The translations under genes were made by a program, and so were the position numbers. DNA of 64,000 nucleotides. Origin: Takakia lepidozioides (Eukaryota > Plantae > Bryophyta). The notes under the pieces are model-generated. The model worked only from the letters and a program-made list of their open reading frames with translations, was not told the origin of the DNA and searched no databases. Positions within the stretch are counted from its first letter, which is position 1; every line of letters starts with the position of its first letter. The stretch spans positions 80,662,001-80,726,000 of the forward strand of contig CM060731.1 in NCBI GenBank assembly GCA_030704615.1. The letters are read 5' to 3'. Below, one piece after another: positions 1 through 14,110 of this stretch.

Positions 1-802
1 CCTTCATTAGTTGCCAGAACCTTCAAACTCTAGGGACGTGGGAGTTAGCCCCATCACTTGTCACCGAGCTACATAATTTGAAGAGGTTCAGGTTATGTAC
101 AATTTTGGCCATTGTGTAAATGAATGGTAACATAAGTTCACCATGTTTACATTTTTAATTGAATACACTGTCTACATTGTGCTTGACTATGGTCTTAGTT
201 TTAGGCATCGCAATTCCAACATTCATGTTGTGATTTGAAAGCTGAGCTTGAGTACAATCTAATAAACCCACAAAAGAGCAATAGCTTTACACACCACAGG
301 ATCAATGCATGTGAAAAGTTTCATCATTACAGACAAGGCCCAGTATAATGCTTGCTTTTTCTACAATCTTCATCTCCATCTTCTTGGTCCCTCATCTAAA
401 GAAGAACCGTGATAGTGAGATGGTAAGGGGGTGAAAAAGAGAAGAAAACGAAATTGGTTGTGTCCAGGGAAACCAAGGCCAGGATGGGTGAGATCTGTTG
501 AACTACTTTGGCACATTTACAAAAGAGAATCATCGAAAGAGCACTCAAATGTGGCATGCAAGCAACTATGTAGGTTACACACTTGTATACATAGACCCTG
601 CAGTAGATTAACTGGAGAAGAATTGGCAACACAGGGTCTCAACAAACTTGGACGAGAGATATCTGAATGGGTCTTGGATATGATCAAGTCTGGCAGGATC
701 CAAATACACGGAATAGTTGACACTTCCCAACACAGACCATGTTCTGGTAGATGGACAAGCGAATATGAGGTTTGCAACCGTTTTCCCTTCTGAGAAGGAC
801 AC

Positions 803-3800
803 TCATTGCTTTTTCATGCTTGCATACAGACTATCAATCTCCTTCTGCAAAACCCCAAAAAATGGCATTAAGACTCCATTAAGCTGGCTACCTTGATCTT
901 CTAGCAATACAGACGTCCCCTTGACATGCAACAAACTTTCTTCAGATGCATGCCATGCCATGCCATGTCGATTATCCTGATGAGTGCAGGAGGATGTCAT
1001 ATGCATTGCCAACTGCATTTCCTACAGTCAAGCCAGAGGACGATCATGTTGGAACGCTAAAAAAGCTGACCTTGTAGTATTTCAATAGTTGTGGTCGCTT
1101 GAGCTTGAATGTAGGGGTCGTCAAACCACGCTCCAAATCAAAAGGCTCTGGTTCTAAGTGGACTCCCTTTATGATTTCGAACCCCTTCGCCTGTAAAAGT
1201 TTTGTGTTGGTTCCATGTTCCGACAACTTCAGGTAGATCAGAAATCACTGTATTTCAAGACTCGTATTAACAGAACCTTAAAGTAGTCAAATAAACCAGT
1301 ACATAAACAGCAGGAATTGTTTGTGTCTTTGATCAACAGCCTAAAGTCCCACTCCTGTTACCTTTTTCGCTTTCCCAGTAGCAGCGAGCTCCGACAGAAT
1401 GAACTCTCGAGCCTTGAGGCTCTGGCATAACTTTGCAAACTCCCCTTCCTCACCGTTGGACCTGGCCCACTCCTCTAGTGCATCTTGGTTGGGAACAGCG
1501 ACTGCTACCAGTGTTGGCTCAAAGCTGTTTCCGTAGACCCAGATCTGCAAATATAAACAAGCTTCACTGTTGGTAATGGAGCTGTTTTTCGAGTTCCACA
1601 TAAACAGCACAGTGTATTCCACATTACTCACAGACACCGAAGAAAAGTACTATTTGTTATATGGAACAGACAAAGTTCACAAGTATCACCAGACTGGCAA
1701 ATATCGAAAAGTGTGAGCATGAGAAACTCCTGACTTGACACTAAGTAGGGGTAAGAGAGATAAATAAGGGAACCTTATAGCCAGAGAGGAAGGGAGGGAG
1801 AACTACAAAAACACTTGCGAGTGAAATAGTAACCCCATTAGTAGAAGAATATGAAATGGTAGTGAGACATACTGCGTCCACTGCTGGGCATTGCCCATAT
1901 ATATTTTCAAGACTTTCGACAGCAACATATTCCCCTTGAGATAGTTTGAAAATGTTCTTTTTACGATCAATAATCTTCAAGGCACCATCTGGTTGCCACT
2001 CCCCAATGTCACCTGTCACAGAAAAGACATTCTTGAAAGTGTGAAATGAACTAAAGAAAACCTTACAGGAATCACAACGGCAAGTCGATGTCACGATAAA
2101 TTGAGCTGCACAAAACATACTATCCTCAAAATTTGGTAGTGAAGAAAATAAATGCCTATCCATCTGAAAGTAGCTTAAACAAATCCAACATCTTTGGACA
2201 ACAGAGCAAAATGTTTGTATTCAATCTAAAGGGAGTCACACATGCTTACCAGTGTGAAACCAACCGTCAACAAGCACCTCTTTTGTGAGTTCTTCACGTT
2301 TATAATATCCACAAAAGACTGTTTTCCCTCTGATGCAGACCTCTCCGCGTGGAGTCTCCCCAAAGGCATCATAGCCCAATTCCGGAACTGATTCCAACCG
2401 CGCATCTATATTGGGCACCGGAGGCCCCACAGTCCCGTTCATAGAGATTACATCTGGCACCTGAATGAAGCTTGCAGCACAAGTCTCTGTCAACCCTGAA
2501 AAACCCAGGGTGGTGCTTTCAATCATAGTTGGTACAAAGGTCTCACATCTTTCCAAATTTCAGAAAGTCAAAACAGGGTGCCATCAAATGAGAGGGGGGA
2601 AGACATAGACAGGAGAGGAACCAATCAATACCATAGCCCTGCACGACAGGGGCACACATGACAACCCGTAAAAACTCCTCAACATGGGAAGCAAGGGGTG
2701 CTGCTCCAGATAACACAAGTCGGACATGCCCACCAAGGCCCATCTTCACCTAGAGACAAACCAAACACCCATTCCCGTGAGGGAGCTCAGCTTTCACCTA
2801 TTGCTAGAGTAGGCCTGCTGTGCAGGTGAGTTGATTGCAAGAAGACTAATCTCTCACACAAGCAGTTCCATTACTGGACACCAGCAACAGGGCATTTGAA
2901 CTAACCTTGTTGAAAACAAGCCTGTCAAACAGCGGAGATGCCTTCTCTTGCTTAAAGCCCTTCTTTATCCACTTCAGTTTGCTGAAGAATATTCAACCAA
3001 TCAATTATCAGGCTTCAAGCATCATAGCAAGCTTTCATGGAATAAACGAGAAATTTTCAGAATAGATGTCGACTATGTAAGGGTTACCAGATGAAAGGGG
3101 AAGGAGACACCCTGTATACATGTAAACCCTAAACATGTAGTCATGGACTTGTATCAGGAAATGGAAGATTTGAGCTTAGTCTGGACCAACAAATTCAGAA
3201 TAGCATCACAAGTACAGGTACAGTTCGGCAGTTTCAGTACGAAATGCAGTACAGATAGCTAAGGCCAGAAATACACAAATTGACAGCACAACAGGCAATG
3301 TTTGATCAAACTGGAAAGATATTACTCTTAATAAACTGGATCTAGAAAATGTTGGTTGAAAATTATTTGTTCCTCCCTCCCCTGGGATCCTGAAAAGAAG
3401 CTGACTGAACTTGTGAGGATTGGGAACTCACTTGGCAAAACCAAAATTAAACAACCAGCCCCTGAGCCCACCTGCTGCAGTTATCCTTTGGTTGATTCCT
3501 GAAAGAACAACCAAAAGTCAAGTTCATGTCTCACTGTAAACTTTCTTCACCTAATGAGTAGCTAACCTGTGTAAAGGCGGTCAAACACACGCGGAACTCC
3601 AGCAAACAGTGTAGGCTTCAACTCTGCAATGTCTTCTGGGACCTTCTTAATGTCCTGCAGTGCACATACAACAGCATCACTGTAAAGCCTCATTCTTGCA
3701 GAGTCTCTGTTGCTGTTGTCTCATAAGCCTTCCTTTCTTAGTTGCTTTTGGGCTGCTTTTTGGCTCTGGTTTTGTCTCCTCTCTCGTGTTTTTTTCCATT

Positions 3801-6800
3801 TTGTCCCATAAGCTCTTTGAGCCTTCCGCGGAAGTGCCATTTCATTTCATTTGTCACTCTCTACCATCCATATATTATTTGGCATTTAACATTTCTTTTC
3901 TTTCCTTTCCTCTCTTTCCCCCTCCTGTAAAGGCTATTGCTGGTAGTTCATGCACTGCAAGAAAATGTCATGTCCAATAAACTCCGTTAGACTCTGTTGC
4001 ATAATGTGAGGCAGACTTGCGTTCTAGTGATGATTCATTGACAAGCACAGTTGATAGGGATGTTATTGAGTATCTGACTTCACTATCAATACCATACGAC
4101 TTCCAAGTATCAATCTCCCCCACAGAAAACTCACGGAAACAGTCTACTTCGGATATAGGCACTTCACTAAACAACAGCAAACGTGTTTTATGCGATCTAT
4201 GGATTTTCCAACACGTCAAACACAAAAGTATGATTTCAAACAATCATAAATGGAGATGTCAAACTGCACACCACACTTTCATTTCAAAATGCTCCTGTCA
4301 CTACCAGTAGGTTTGTTTGTTGGTAAGTGGCTCCTAGTATAAAACATTTAGGCTGAAAACAGATTATGAATTTAAGACCAGTGGTCTTGAATGGTCAGAA
4401 AATGCAGATAGCAATATTTCGAAGTGAATCAAAGGACAAAGCAGGTGCAATGCCTTTCCCCTCCAACCGCATTGATTCACAAAATTCGGCTATGTGGAGA
4501 ATCACGCTTACCCCTTGCCAGAACCCTATGGAAGCACCACAATATACAAACATCTCCTCAGCCACACGGTCAAAAATGTGTGCCAAAGGCAAAAACGAGA
4601 AGTATGAATCTCTTTCACCGATCTGCAAAAATCCGAACCAATGTGCATATCCCCAGGTTTACTTCCAGCAAGGGCTGCTCCAAAACATGGTTATTAGTAG
4701 AGATTAAAGGACACATACACATAATTACTGGGCAGTTTGCAAAGCAAACGACCACAAACAATACCTCACAAATACCCTAGCTTCTGAGGGTTTAGATTGC
4801 TTTGAGGTTAAGCCAGTAATCGAATCCAAACTATCAGCCAACAAGAGGAAAGCACCATGTGGAACTACTCAAGACTGATCAACAAGGTATGTGCACAAAT
4901 ATAAAACTTTGGGGTAGCCTCCTGATACTTTCAAACTGTTTTTGTACCATGGTAAGGAACCGAGCCAGTGAACCTCATAACTTAAACCACGTGCACAAGA
5001 AATTTCTGCGGTAGGATCACTAATACTTTCCAACTGCAGACTCAACAACAGGTTTCCAAATTCAAATTTAGAAGAAAAGCAGACCTCATAAGAAAGTCCA
5101 CTTATTACTTCAGGAAACCCACCTCTTCATTCAGGGACTTGAGCAAGTGATCAAGACCAGCAATACAGGTCAATATGTTCTCATGACTCAACATCACTCC
5201 CTTGGGCTCCCCGGTGGTGCCACTGGTGTACATGATTGTTGAGAGATCATCCTCCTCTGGTGTTGACAAATCCACTGGATTCTTTGCACCCTGAACATCA
5301 ATACACCAAGGAAAGCACAACCCAAAACATCATCTCCCGTCAAAAGCAGCACTAACATCTGACCCAATTGGAGGGGATCACTAGAGGTCAAAGACTTGAT
5401 GCCTGAAGCCTCTCCTTATGATGTCTAGATATTATGAATCAGCACAGAGTAAGATGAAGAATGCATTTATTCCAAGGCACCAAACACTTGGAGGCAGGGC
5501 TTGCATACCAATTCCTTCAATTCCTCCCAAGAGTAGATTGCAATGCCATGGTCCTCCACTGCAGTTTTCTGCTCGCTAGTGACGGACCCGAAGCTCACCA
5601 ATGCTACACCATCCAAAGCACACTCAAAATTCCATACAGTGCAATAAGCAATAACCCCCTGTGGCTGACTGCGAAGGTGGTGACAACTTTGGAGACCTTG
5701 GGGTCCCTAAGCATATTATAAAACATGAGTTCACTACACAAGAAAGTACAACCATTTTGCTGACAAGATATCCACCCAGAACCTAAAACCCTTCAGCACC
5801 CAATGCCTTGCACTTATTCCATTCCATCTAGCCTAGTGTTCGAAAAGCAATGGTTGATAAGGACAAGAAACAACTTACTCTTCAGATGCTGGGTGCACTT
5901 GGGTAGCACTTCAATAATCTGTACAAGCAACACTCAATCAAAAGTAGTGTGGGACAAATCAACATATGGAAAGACAGAAGCATGACTCGGAACACAAACC
6001 CAACCACATGACATTAACACACCCCTGTCATACAAACTCTCCAGTAGCCGTTTGTTGGCCAATGGTCAGTCTCCGTCACCATTTTTTTTAGGGGAAGCCC
6101 TCATGACCTTCTTCCTTGCTGGGATGTGTTGTCCCCTCTCTCAACGGGAGGACCGCCTATGTCCAGCTTGCATAGGGCGCAGCCGGGAAATTGAAACTGA
6201 AGAACACTTCCTTCTATTGCCCTCTATACTACGAGATCCGTGGGAGATTCCACTGCTAATTCCGTGGAACCCAATCTCTCACTGAAGTCTTTCACTATGA
6301 GGATCAGAAATGCTTGGCAGCTTACCTGCACGAGGCCTTCACCCTTAGACAATCTCTCGAACAATAGTTCTTATTCTTGGCTGTGGCTTTCTTGGCTGTG
6401 GTTTTGTTTCCTCTCTCATGTTTTCTTCCATTTTGTCCCATAAGCTCTATGAGCCTTCCGCAGACATTATAAAGCACCATTTCATTTCAGTTCATTTCAT
6501 TTCTCTGTGCTGTCAAAGCCTTCCAACTGAGGTGGAATTGACGATGCAAAGCAAATGGGGAAAGCATCATGAGAGGTGATAAAGAAATTAAGCAACCTAA
6601 CAGACCAAAAAATACTGCAAAGAGTGGCTCAAAGGCAACAGATACCACGAGCAGAGAATGACTCCAGAAGAGCGTGAGACAACACAACTACCTGCTTACA
6701 GAACGGGAAGAACTTTTTCTTACCCATGAGACTTAGGGATCCACCACAGAAAGCAGGCAGGGTCAGCATGGAAGGGGGAAAAGAGGCATATTGCCTCATG

Positions 6801-9401
6801 CATACCAGGGGAAGCTTAGTTTCTTGCACAAATGCGATAGAAATCTCTGCATGATTTGCAATAAACTCCACTGCTTCAGCCCCTGTAACATGCCAACAAA
6901 ATAATCAGCCACGTTCCTAAGAGCCTGAACATTGTAGCTTGTTGAAAAAATAGATACAGAGAAGTACATCTATGGCATGGCAACAGCAGAAGTTGAAACC
7001 CTGTTGCAAACTATTTGTACCTACAACATGTGCCCCTTTCCATCATTCTGTGGTCATACTTTCCATGCAATGAAACTCAGTGTCCATGCTAGATTTCAAT
7101 CACGCTACGTAAAAGTGGGCAGTAGATGAGTACCAAGAGTGTCATAAAGAGGGACACACACAATGCTATGGCCACTGCATGCCTGCATCATACAGACACG
7201 TGCAAGGGAAACCCACTTCAACAATGCTCATCAGACATCAGTTTACGAAACAACAATAGTGGAGTGTTTCTTATGATTACTGATGCTTCACTTACTAAGT
7301 AAACAGTTCAAACTTACAAGTCCAAAACACAACGAAGATGGTTGGGCAAGAATAGGTTCACAAGATGTTCACACCTCCAATGCCGTGAACCACTCTGGAC
7401 AATTCGCTCCATAGACTCCACAGCGGCCTTTCTGAGAGAAGATTGCAATTGAAATGGTTAACATGATTTGCTTGAGCCCTGGATCTCCATGTATTTCCAC
7501 CTCGAGTATACACAAGGAAAATGTCACAGATGAAGGGTAAGGAGGAACATACAGGTTCTACACCAAGGTGGCGCATAGCAGAGCCAATCAATAGGACATT
7601 GTCATAGACCTCTTGGTACGTTTGCCACACATAGTTCCCTGCCTGAAATTTCAAAATGCAGAGCAAATTAGGCAGTTGCTGCTCACTGTAGGCAGGAATG
7701 GCACAGTATATATCATACAATCTGCTGGCTCATATTTGAGGTAGGAAAACTCTAACAACCCAATCCCCTGCCAACAAATTGCTCTCATTGAGCCAAGAGA
7801 TTGAACTTTCCCACACAAGTTCACCTTGGGCAAACAATAGCTTGGACTAGGCTTCTCTCTCTGACAACAAGAAACGTCTAGGCATTTACTGGTCAAAACT
7901 TCAGTAGATGCTGGGCAACTGCTTACACTGTAGTCTCTAATGGTATGTAGCTGCTATATTGCACTCAGATATCAAAGAGAACACTAGACACAGTACAGAA
8001 TCCTTGTAACAACTTCTAACCAGTCTTTCCTCTGGCAGTCTTTGCAATGTTGCTACAACTTACAAATAGCATAGGGACTCTTAACAACCTCTTCAATGTT
8101 AGACACGCAAGCACGGAACAGTTAGGCCACTCACTTTTCCATTCTTCATCTCACGAACACCAAGCATTCGATTGTTGGGAACTCTCTTCACAGACTTACT
8201 GCAAAAAGAGAAATTCACCAAGCCATAGTTCCTTAGAACAAAGGGAAATCACTGAGGCCTCGGATTTAAGACTGAAACTTCACCCAAGGAAAAGAGAGCT
8301 TGGAAGGGCACATAGGCAAAAAGAATTTTCCCCCAAGGCTCTTTGATATGACCGGCGTATTTGGTCCGTGGGGAACAAGGAAGGCCAGGAGGGGAGGGAG
8401 TGATGATAATGGCCCATGAAGCTGGTGACATAGACAAGTCCAATAGAACACATGCTTAACAATTGACAGAATTACTGTGGTTAGACTGTAGAAGTAAAAC
8501 TTCTCAGGCTAGTTCCGCTCTAATTTCAAATCTACAGATACAACATAATTGACACCACTTATCTTCCAATCTCAAAGTCAGTTTCATGTTGTTAATGAGG
8601 TTTTGGTGTCGGAAAAAGCTCTCACTTCTCGGTTAGTCATGAGCGTGCCCAGATTCATCAGGGAGCAAGTCTAGCGTCCACAGCAACGAGTAGCTCGTTG
8701 GTTCGCCTAGAGTGGAAATTATCAAGGTGAAGTACATCACCATTGGGGATAGGACAATGAAAGCATATCTTCCTCCTATAATTGAAATAATAAAGTCTGT
8801 TTTGGATTCCTCGACGTTCTCTTTCAACTCACAACTCACTCTTGTTAGAGCTGGCCGAGAGAGTCTACTCCTGAAGGAAGTGGGAGGTGACTCTGTGAAA
8901 CGATCACCATCATCTAAGAAGGAAAGGAGCCTTTGCTGGAATCGAGATGCCGAGAAGTGGTCCGCATTGACAGTAAAAGAGGGAAATTGAATCCCATAGG
9001 ATTCCCGATTTTATTTTATCTGAAGATCAAGCTTGCGATTAAACAATCATCTCGTGGATCGAGGAGTGGAAGGCCTTATGATGAAGACTTGTCAGCTTGA
9101 GAGGGAGTGACAAAGCATAAGTGATCTCCAGACCTGTATGGACTAGGATTCTCTTTGTGCGATGATGTCCATAGGATCGCCCTTGACAGGTGGTACGAGT
9201 ACGAAAAAAAAGAGATGGAAAGAGGGAGGGAGATGAAATCACTTGCCTGAAAAAGTCCCAGGTAGTGAGAAGTCCGTCAGGAAGAGGAGGGAAGCCATCT
9301 TTCGCGAAAACGCTTCTGTAGACAGGGCCCTTTGACGGAACTCCCTCTGTTCCCGGCACTCCCTCCTCCACCTTCACGATGTACCTCTCCACTTGCCCCA
9401 T
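803..9401 (-). CDS. LACS: Long-chain acyl-CoA synthetase, LACS4/LACS5-like, 19 exons, 661 aa
   Basis: Hand-spliced exons (high-low): 9401-9247, 8198-8135, 7642-7553, 7431-7375, 7182-7134, 6882-6806, 5918-5879, 5603-5509, 5290-5123, 4622-4512, 3654-3567, 3498-3432, 2981-2906, 2749-2632, 2495-2250, 2012-1873, 1544-1362, 1190-1071, 844-803. These total 1986 nt with consistent phases from ATG to TGA. All introns are GT-AG except intron 1 (GC-AG). Motifs: [11 protein letters not shown] (AMP-binding), [36 protein letters not shown]. Confidence 0.96.
3765..3850. repeat. Short intronic repeat, copy 1 (LACS intron 10)
   Basis: ttccattttgtcccataagctct(t/a)tgagccttccgc...ccatttcatttca, also present at ~6400-6500. 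Confidence 0.8.
6400..6500. repeat. Short intronic repeat, copy 2 (LACS intron 6)
   Basis: Direct-orientation match to 3765-3850. Confidence 0.8.
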
Positions 9402-10649
9402 TCAGCCTCTCAATCCCTCTCTTCCGTAGCTCAACTCCCACTCTCTGTCAATTATGCCTTCACGTACCTCAAATCACAGTCTGCTTGTTTAGACAAGGTT
9501 CCTGTACCCTCCGAAGCGTTGACCGATTCAGAACAAACTTTCAGAGCGTCTAAAATTATGAGCCTCTATATCTCGATAAGATACGCCTCTTTCGTCCACG
9601 TATGGATGGAGGCCTCACACTTTATCGTTATCAAACGCCTCAGAGCTTGAAGCTCGCTTCCCTCGAGCTCAAACGCTTAGTCTCTCAGGCCAGGGAGCAC
9701 CAAATCTTCACTCCACCCGCTGTCTAGATATATCACCAAAACACTAGATCAAAATGTAGTAATCCTCTAACTTATCCAAAGCAGAAAGCATGAGTTAACA
9801 GGGGGGGGGTAGCCAAAAGTGCACGACATCTGTCACGAAGCTATGAGAAAGGAGATCTGAAATGGACCATTATAGCAAACAGGTGTCAGCGATGGCAAAC
9901 TGGTCAATCGTATGCGAGGGCTGAGTCGTCGTCTTTGCTATTGCACACACCGTGACTCCAAGATTGAACACAAAAACTCAATCCAGCAAATTTCTCTTTG
10001 CCGAAGATGATAGTAATCCACTACATAGCTTTCTCACGAGTGGTCACATTGATATTATGTTGGAGACACCATAAAATGGCAGGTCAGTTGTAGGTGCGCC
10101 TTTAAATCCAATCCAAGCAAACAATGGTGTCGGACGGAGAACTGCAAATCTGACCTGCTTTTGTTTCGGTTTTGTATTTTTGTTGCTGGTGGTCCCTAAA
10201 GACACTCTGCCAGTAGTTTAACGACACATCACTCAACGAGCTGAAGCATCACCTAATCCCGTGGTTGATAACTTCATTAACCCATAAGAAGGTATTAATA
10301 AGCTGGAGGTGGCAATGGCTTGGGCTGGGCCAAGCCAAGCCAAGCCATGCAGATATGAGATACATAAACTATGGCCCAGATTTCAGAATCGGAACTGGAC
10401 TTTTCGGGCCATGACTCAAAAGCTGGGGCCTGATCAAGATTCTGCTTAAATGCAGAGTGGATATCAGTGGGGACAAATGGCTAACTGTGAGGTGAGTAGT
10501 GAGTACATACTACATATAAGCCAATGTGGCAGCTTTAGCAATTATTCGTTGTTATTCATAAAAGAGTGCCTGCATTGCCTCACCGACTCTGAGATTCTGC
10601 AGCAATCCGCTGCGTGGTTATTAGGGTCCTTATTAGGGTGGACGGACTG

Positions 10650-11134
10650 GTCTATGTACTCACTGGTATATGCACTGGTATTATGTAGATACCAGACCAA
10701 GTCTGGTATCTTTTGGGAGAAGACTTCGTCATATACCAGACCAAGGCTGGTATCAGTTTTTTCATACCCGCCACAATGCCAGTACTGCCCCGCGTCTTCC
10801 TCATTTACTGTGGTATGTGTACTATATCAATTTATCTGTACATATGCCTACACATTTGTACATGTATATTTAACTTTTTATCTGTATTTTATTTGTTTTC
10901 ACTTGATACTTGCTATTTGATAAACTTGTAAGTCAAGATGGCTTTGGAATGATACCAGACTTGATATCTCATTCCAGCTGGTATTGTGATCATGATGCTC
11001 ATACTCATACTAGTATGTGGAAAAGAATACATCCACCATTAAGTTATACAGACCAGATTGGTATGAAAGTTTTGTGATACGTCTCGTACCAGGACCAGAC
11101 TGGTATGTAGAAAACGTGATACCGGTCCAACAGT
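10650..11134. mobile_element. Degenerate hAT-type MITE, same family as 50634-51108 and 51150-51579
   Basis: Colinear with 51150-51579 (cctcatttactgtggtatgtgtactat; tttgataaacttgtaagtcaa; gaccagattggtatgaaagttttgtgat). Many ATACCAG/CTGGTAT subterminal motifs. TIRs are eroded. Confidence 0.75.
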
Positions 11135-12039
11135 TACCTCAAGTAAATGGAATGCGATCATTCTGTGCACAAAGCTTGCTATTGTTTTTCTCGAAAGGGA
11201 AACGCTACCTGTTCCATGTGTTCGATGATTGGGATGAATCAGTGTGTCCTGACAAAAAAACCTGCTGAGCACGTACAGGATATGAGTTATGAGACGCTTT
11301 CGACAAACAGAAATTATACCGTGTTCTACGGAGACGCGAAACAAAACTTGCGCATAAGCCTTAATGGCCGCCCGCCGGGGACACGACAATCACGGGAGAC
11401 TATCATTTTGTCAGAACTCAGAACGTCGCGCACATGGATAGGTAGAAGCACCTACTTTACAAACTTCCACAGTCCACTTCACAAAAGAGCTGGGAGAAGT
11501 GTAGAACATCAAGTCACAATACAAAACTAAACCAACGATGTAATAAGTAGGTAACATGTCCGATCAGCCAAGATGCTACACTCGATGCAATGATTTCGGC
11601 ATTCAATGGGGACAGTGTGCATTCAACATTCACCAATGTGGGACTCGGGCCCGCGATGAGGTGATAGGTAACGAATTTGATTACCTATGCTGTACTCTCA
11701 TTACATATCATTTTCCACCTCATCAAACCGCTCAGTGGCAGGGGGAAGCGTGTGGCGCAATGGGCGCCAAGCAGTGGAGATGTGTCTGATAAAACTTGAA
11801 AGGCAGGGAGGACGCACGCTTTGGTGTGACGGACCACGCATTAAAAGCGACATGAATGTTTGGCGGGCGAGATACCACAGTGATCATCAGTGGCACAGTT
11901 GCAAGCTGGTGGTCTTGGACGCTTGTTACGGCTACCGAAGGAGTGCATCAATCAAGCTCGCACTTAGGGGTGTGGGTGTCAGGTTTCTTTTGAGTACAAT
12001 ATTGAAGCCTGGCCTCTGCGGCCAAAGCTCTGTACATAT

Positions 12040-14110
12040 ATTTATTTATTTATTTATTTTATTTTTGAGAAAGGGGACGGAGGCCCAAGTTTTAATCAAA
12101 TTTCTTTAAAAAAAAAATAGATGTCAACATCAGTGGAAAAAATAACCACTGCCAGGCCATGAAGGCTTAGTGCGGGGAAACTTCCCCGAGACTAGCTACT
12201 CAAGCGAAGGTGAGGAAATGGTGAGAAAACACGGTGATGCGGAGAGAGGTTGAAAATTTCTACGAGAATACTATGTAAGGGGATCCGAGGTGGTATTGGG
12301 AGAACACCAGATTGCGAGCTTAAGCCATAAGTTTTAGAGTAGCGGAAGGTAAGGTAAAGGAGGTGCGAGATTCCAGCTGTCAGTGTGCTTTACAACTCAG
12401 AGATCAGTAGTGCAGCAGTGGAACATAGAGATGATTGTCAATACTAGCCAAGTGCCTTGGAGCTGAAGGTGGACGAAGCTGGTGAAGATCCACAGATATC
12501 CAGAAATCCCGAGAGGATCCACAACAGTCCAGAGATCCAGGGAGATTTACCGGAGGAGTTCAGGTATCAAAACTTTAGCTGAGTTCTGAACTTGTGGTCC
12601 TGAGTATTTTTGTGGCGCCAATTGAAATTGGCTTCTTCCCCTTTACCAAGGGACTTCCCATTAAGGGGGGATGGAGTTCTGCCAGGCAAAGCGCAAGTTG
12701 GGAAGACAGGTCCCGAGCACGTTGCCTTTGCCCCAGGACTGCTAGAAATCTTGAAGGAGCTTCCTCCCCCGTTGCTCTGAAGTTCTGGGAATAGCGGCGG
12801 GGGTGAGTCAACAGTCTCTTCTGGCAGCAAGAAAGTGATGGAGGTGTCAGGGAGCACATTTGTTGAAGTATTGAAATGGTTTTCCACCCGCAGCACCAGC
12901 TCCCTGTGAGTGTAGTCTCTTGCTGGGGGTGTCAATCCTTTCTGCCTCTGCATTCTGTATTGTTCCGCCACCAGCCCAAATCCTTCTTCAAAAATCATTT
13001 TGCTTCTGGCCCATTTGTTGGGATCCTTCACCCTGCAAGACAAGTAAGCTTTGCACACCCATAATCAAGAATTATGATTCCATGTGGTGTCCAAATCCCT
13101 ACTGTAAAGAACTGGAAGCACATGCACAATTGCTAGGTCGGGATGTGAAGCATTGTTTCCAACCATGATGCCAATGTGTTGGATGACAAATTCAGATCAG
13201 GGAAGGTATCCTTGAAGACATCTTGAGTGAGAGCCAGAGTGATGTCTCTTTCTTTACCAATACCGTAGTCATTGGCCGTGGCCTCTGACCCAAGCTGATT
13301 GGAAGCCATCCTTGACACTTGGAAGGAAGAAGTTTGTGTAATCATCAATGAAGGCATACAGCAACGGTGTAACACATGGCTGATTTCTCTCTGGCGTAAA
13401 GAGGTGCCTGGCGCCCAACCTCTCGAATACCTGGTTTTGAAAGAGTGGAGTTCCAGAAAGGAGATAGCAAGACTGCTGTTATCAAGCAGCTGCAGCTCAG
13501 ATTCAGAGAAGGGGAATGAGGCCCATGCTTGCATAATTCTGACTGGGAAAAATGCAGATGGGCGATTGGGGTGTTTCCAGGCCACCATATCCCCATTCCT
13601 CTTCCTCTTTTTGGAATTTTGAGGTTCATCATTGACCTCCTCTTGCGCATTTGTCTCCAGTGCCACTGCAACCTGATTTGTCTTGTTCCTCGTGGGCTGG
13701 GAGGAGCCAGAGTCTCCAGCAATGGTTTCATCTTTTATCTTCCCTTTGATATTTGGACAGTCAGCCTTCATATGCCCTTCGCCATTACAGATGAAGCAAA
13801 TTACAGAGAGGACTTCCTCTTTAATTGCGACCACGATGAACGAGTCATCAATTGTGGGAAAATGATGGAGGAGCCGATAGTGGCCGTTGCTAGCATAAGC
13901 ACAACCAGCTTTGGAACTCCGTTATCTCTGTTGTAGTCAAGTGTGTTGCATCATTGTCTACACTTAAGATCTGGTCTTGTATAAGTTCGTAGGCTCCAGC
14001 TTTGGGACTTTCATTGGACAAAGTACCTGCTACACCATAGCTTATAAACTTCAGTCTTTCTCCATATGAATCTTCCGCGCTCGGAGAATAAGTTATGTTC
14101 TTTCGCATTT
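12040..14110 (-). mobile_element. L1-derived element with ORF1 zinc knuckle and LINE 3' end, no EN/RT visible
   Basis: ORF 13133-13834 has CFICNGEGHMKADC in an L1-ORF1-like context. The minus-strand 3' end reads agccttcatg...ggttattttttcc...gggcctccgtccc...(TAAA)n, like the LINE end at 41440-41550. An NWRH peptide is shared with the LINE 3' regions at ~41120 and ~54870. Confidence 0.65.

Noticed and set aside
396-802. Short ORFs downstream of LACS
   Set aside because: They lie in the probable 3' UTR and show no recognisable motifs
9720-10430. LACS promoter elements (TATA-like, TGGGCC site II)
   Set aside because: Short motifs at chance frequency, and the transcription start is unknown
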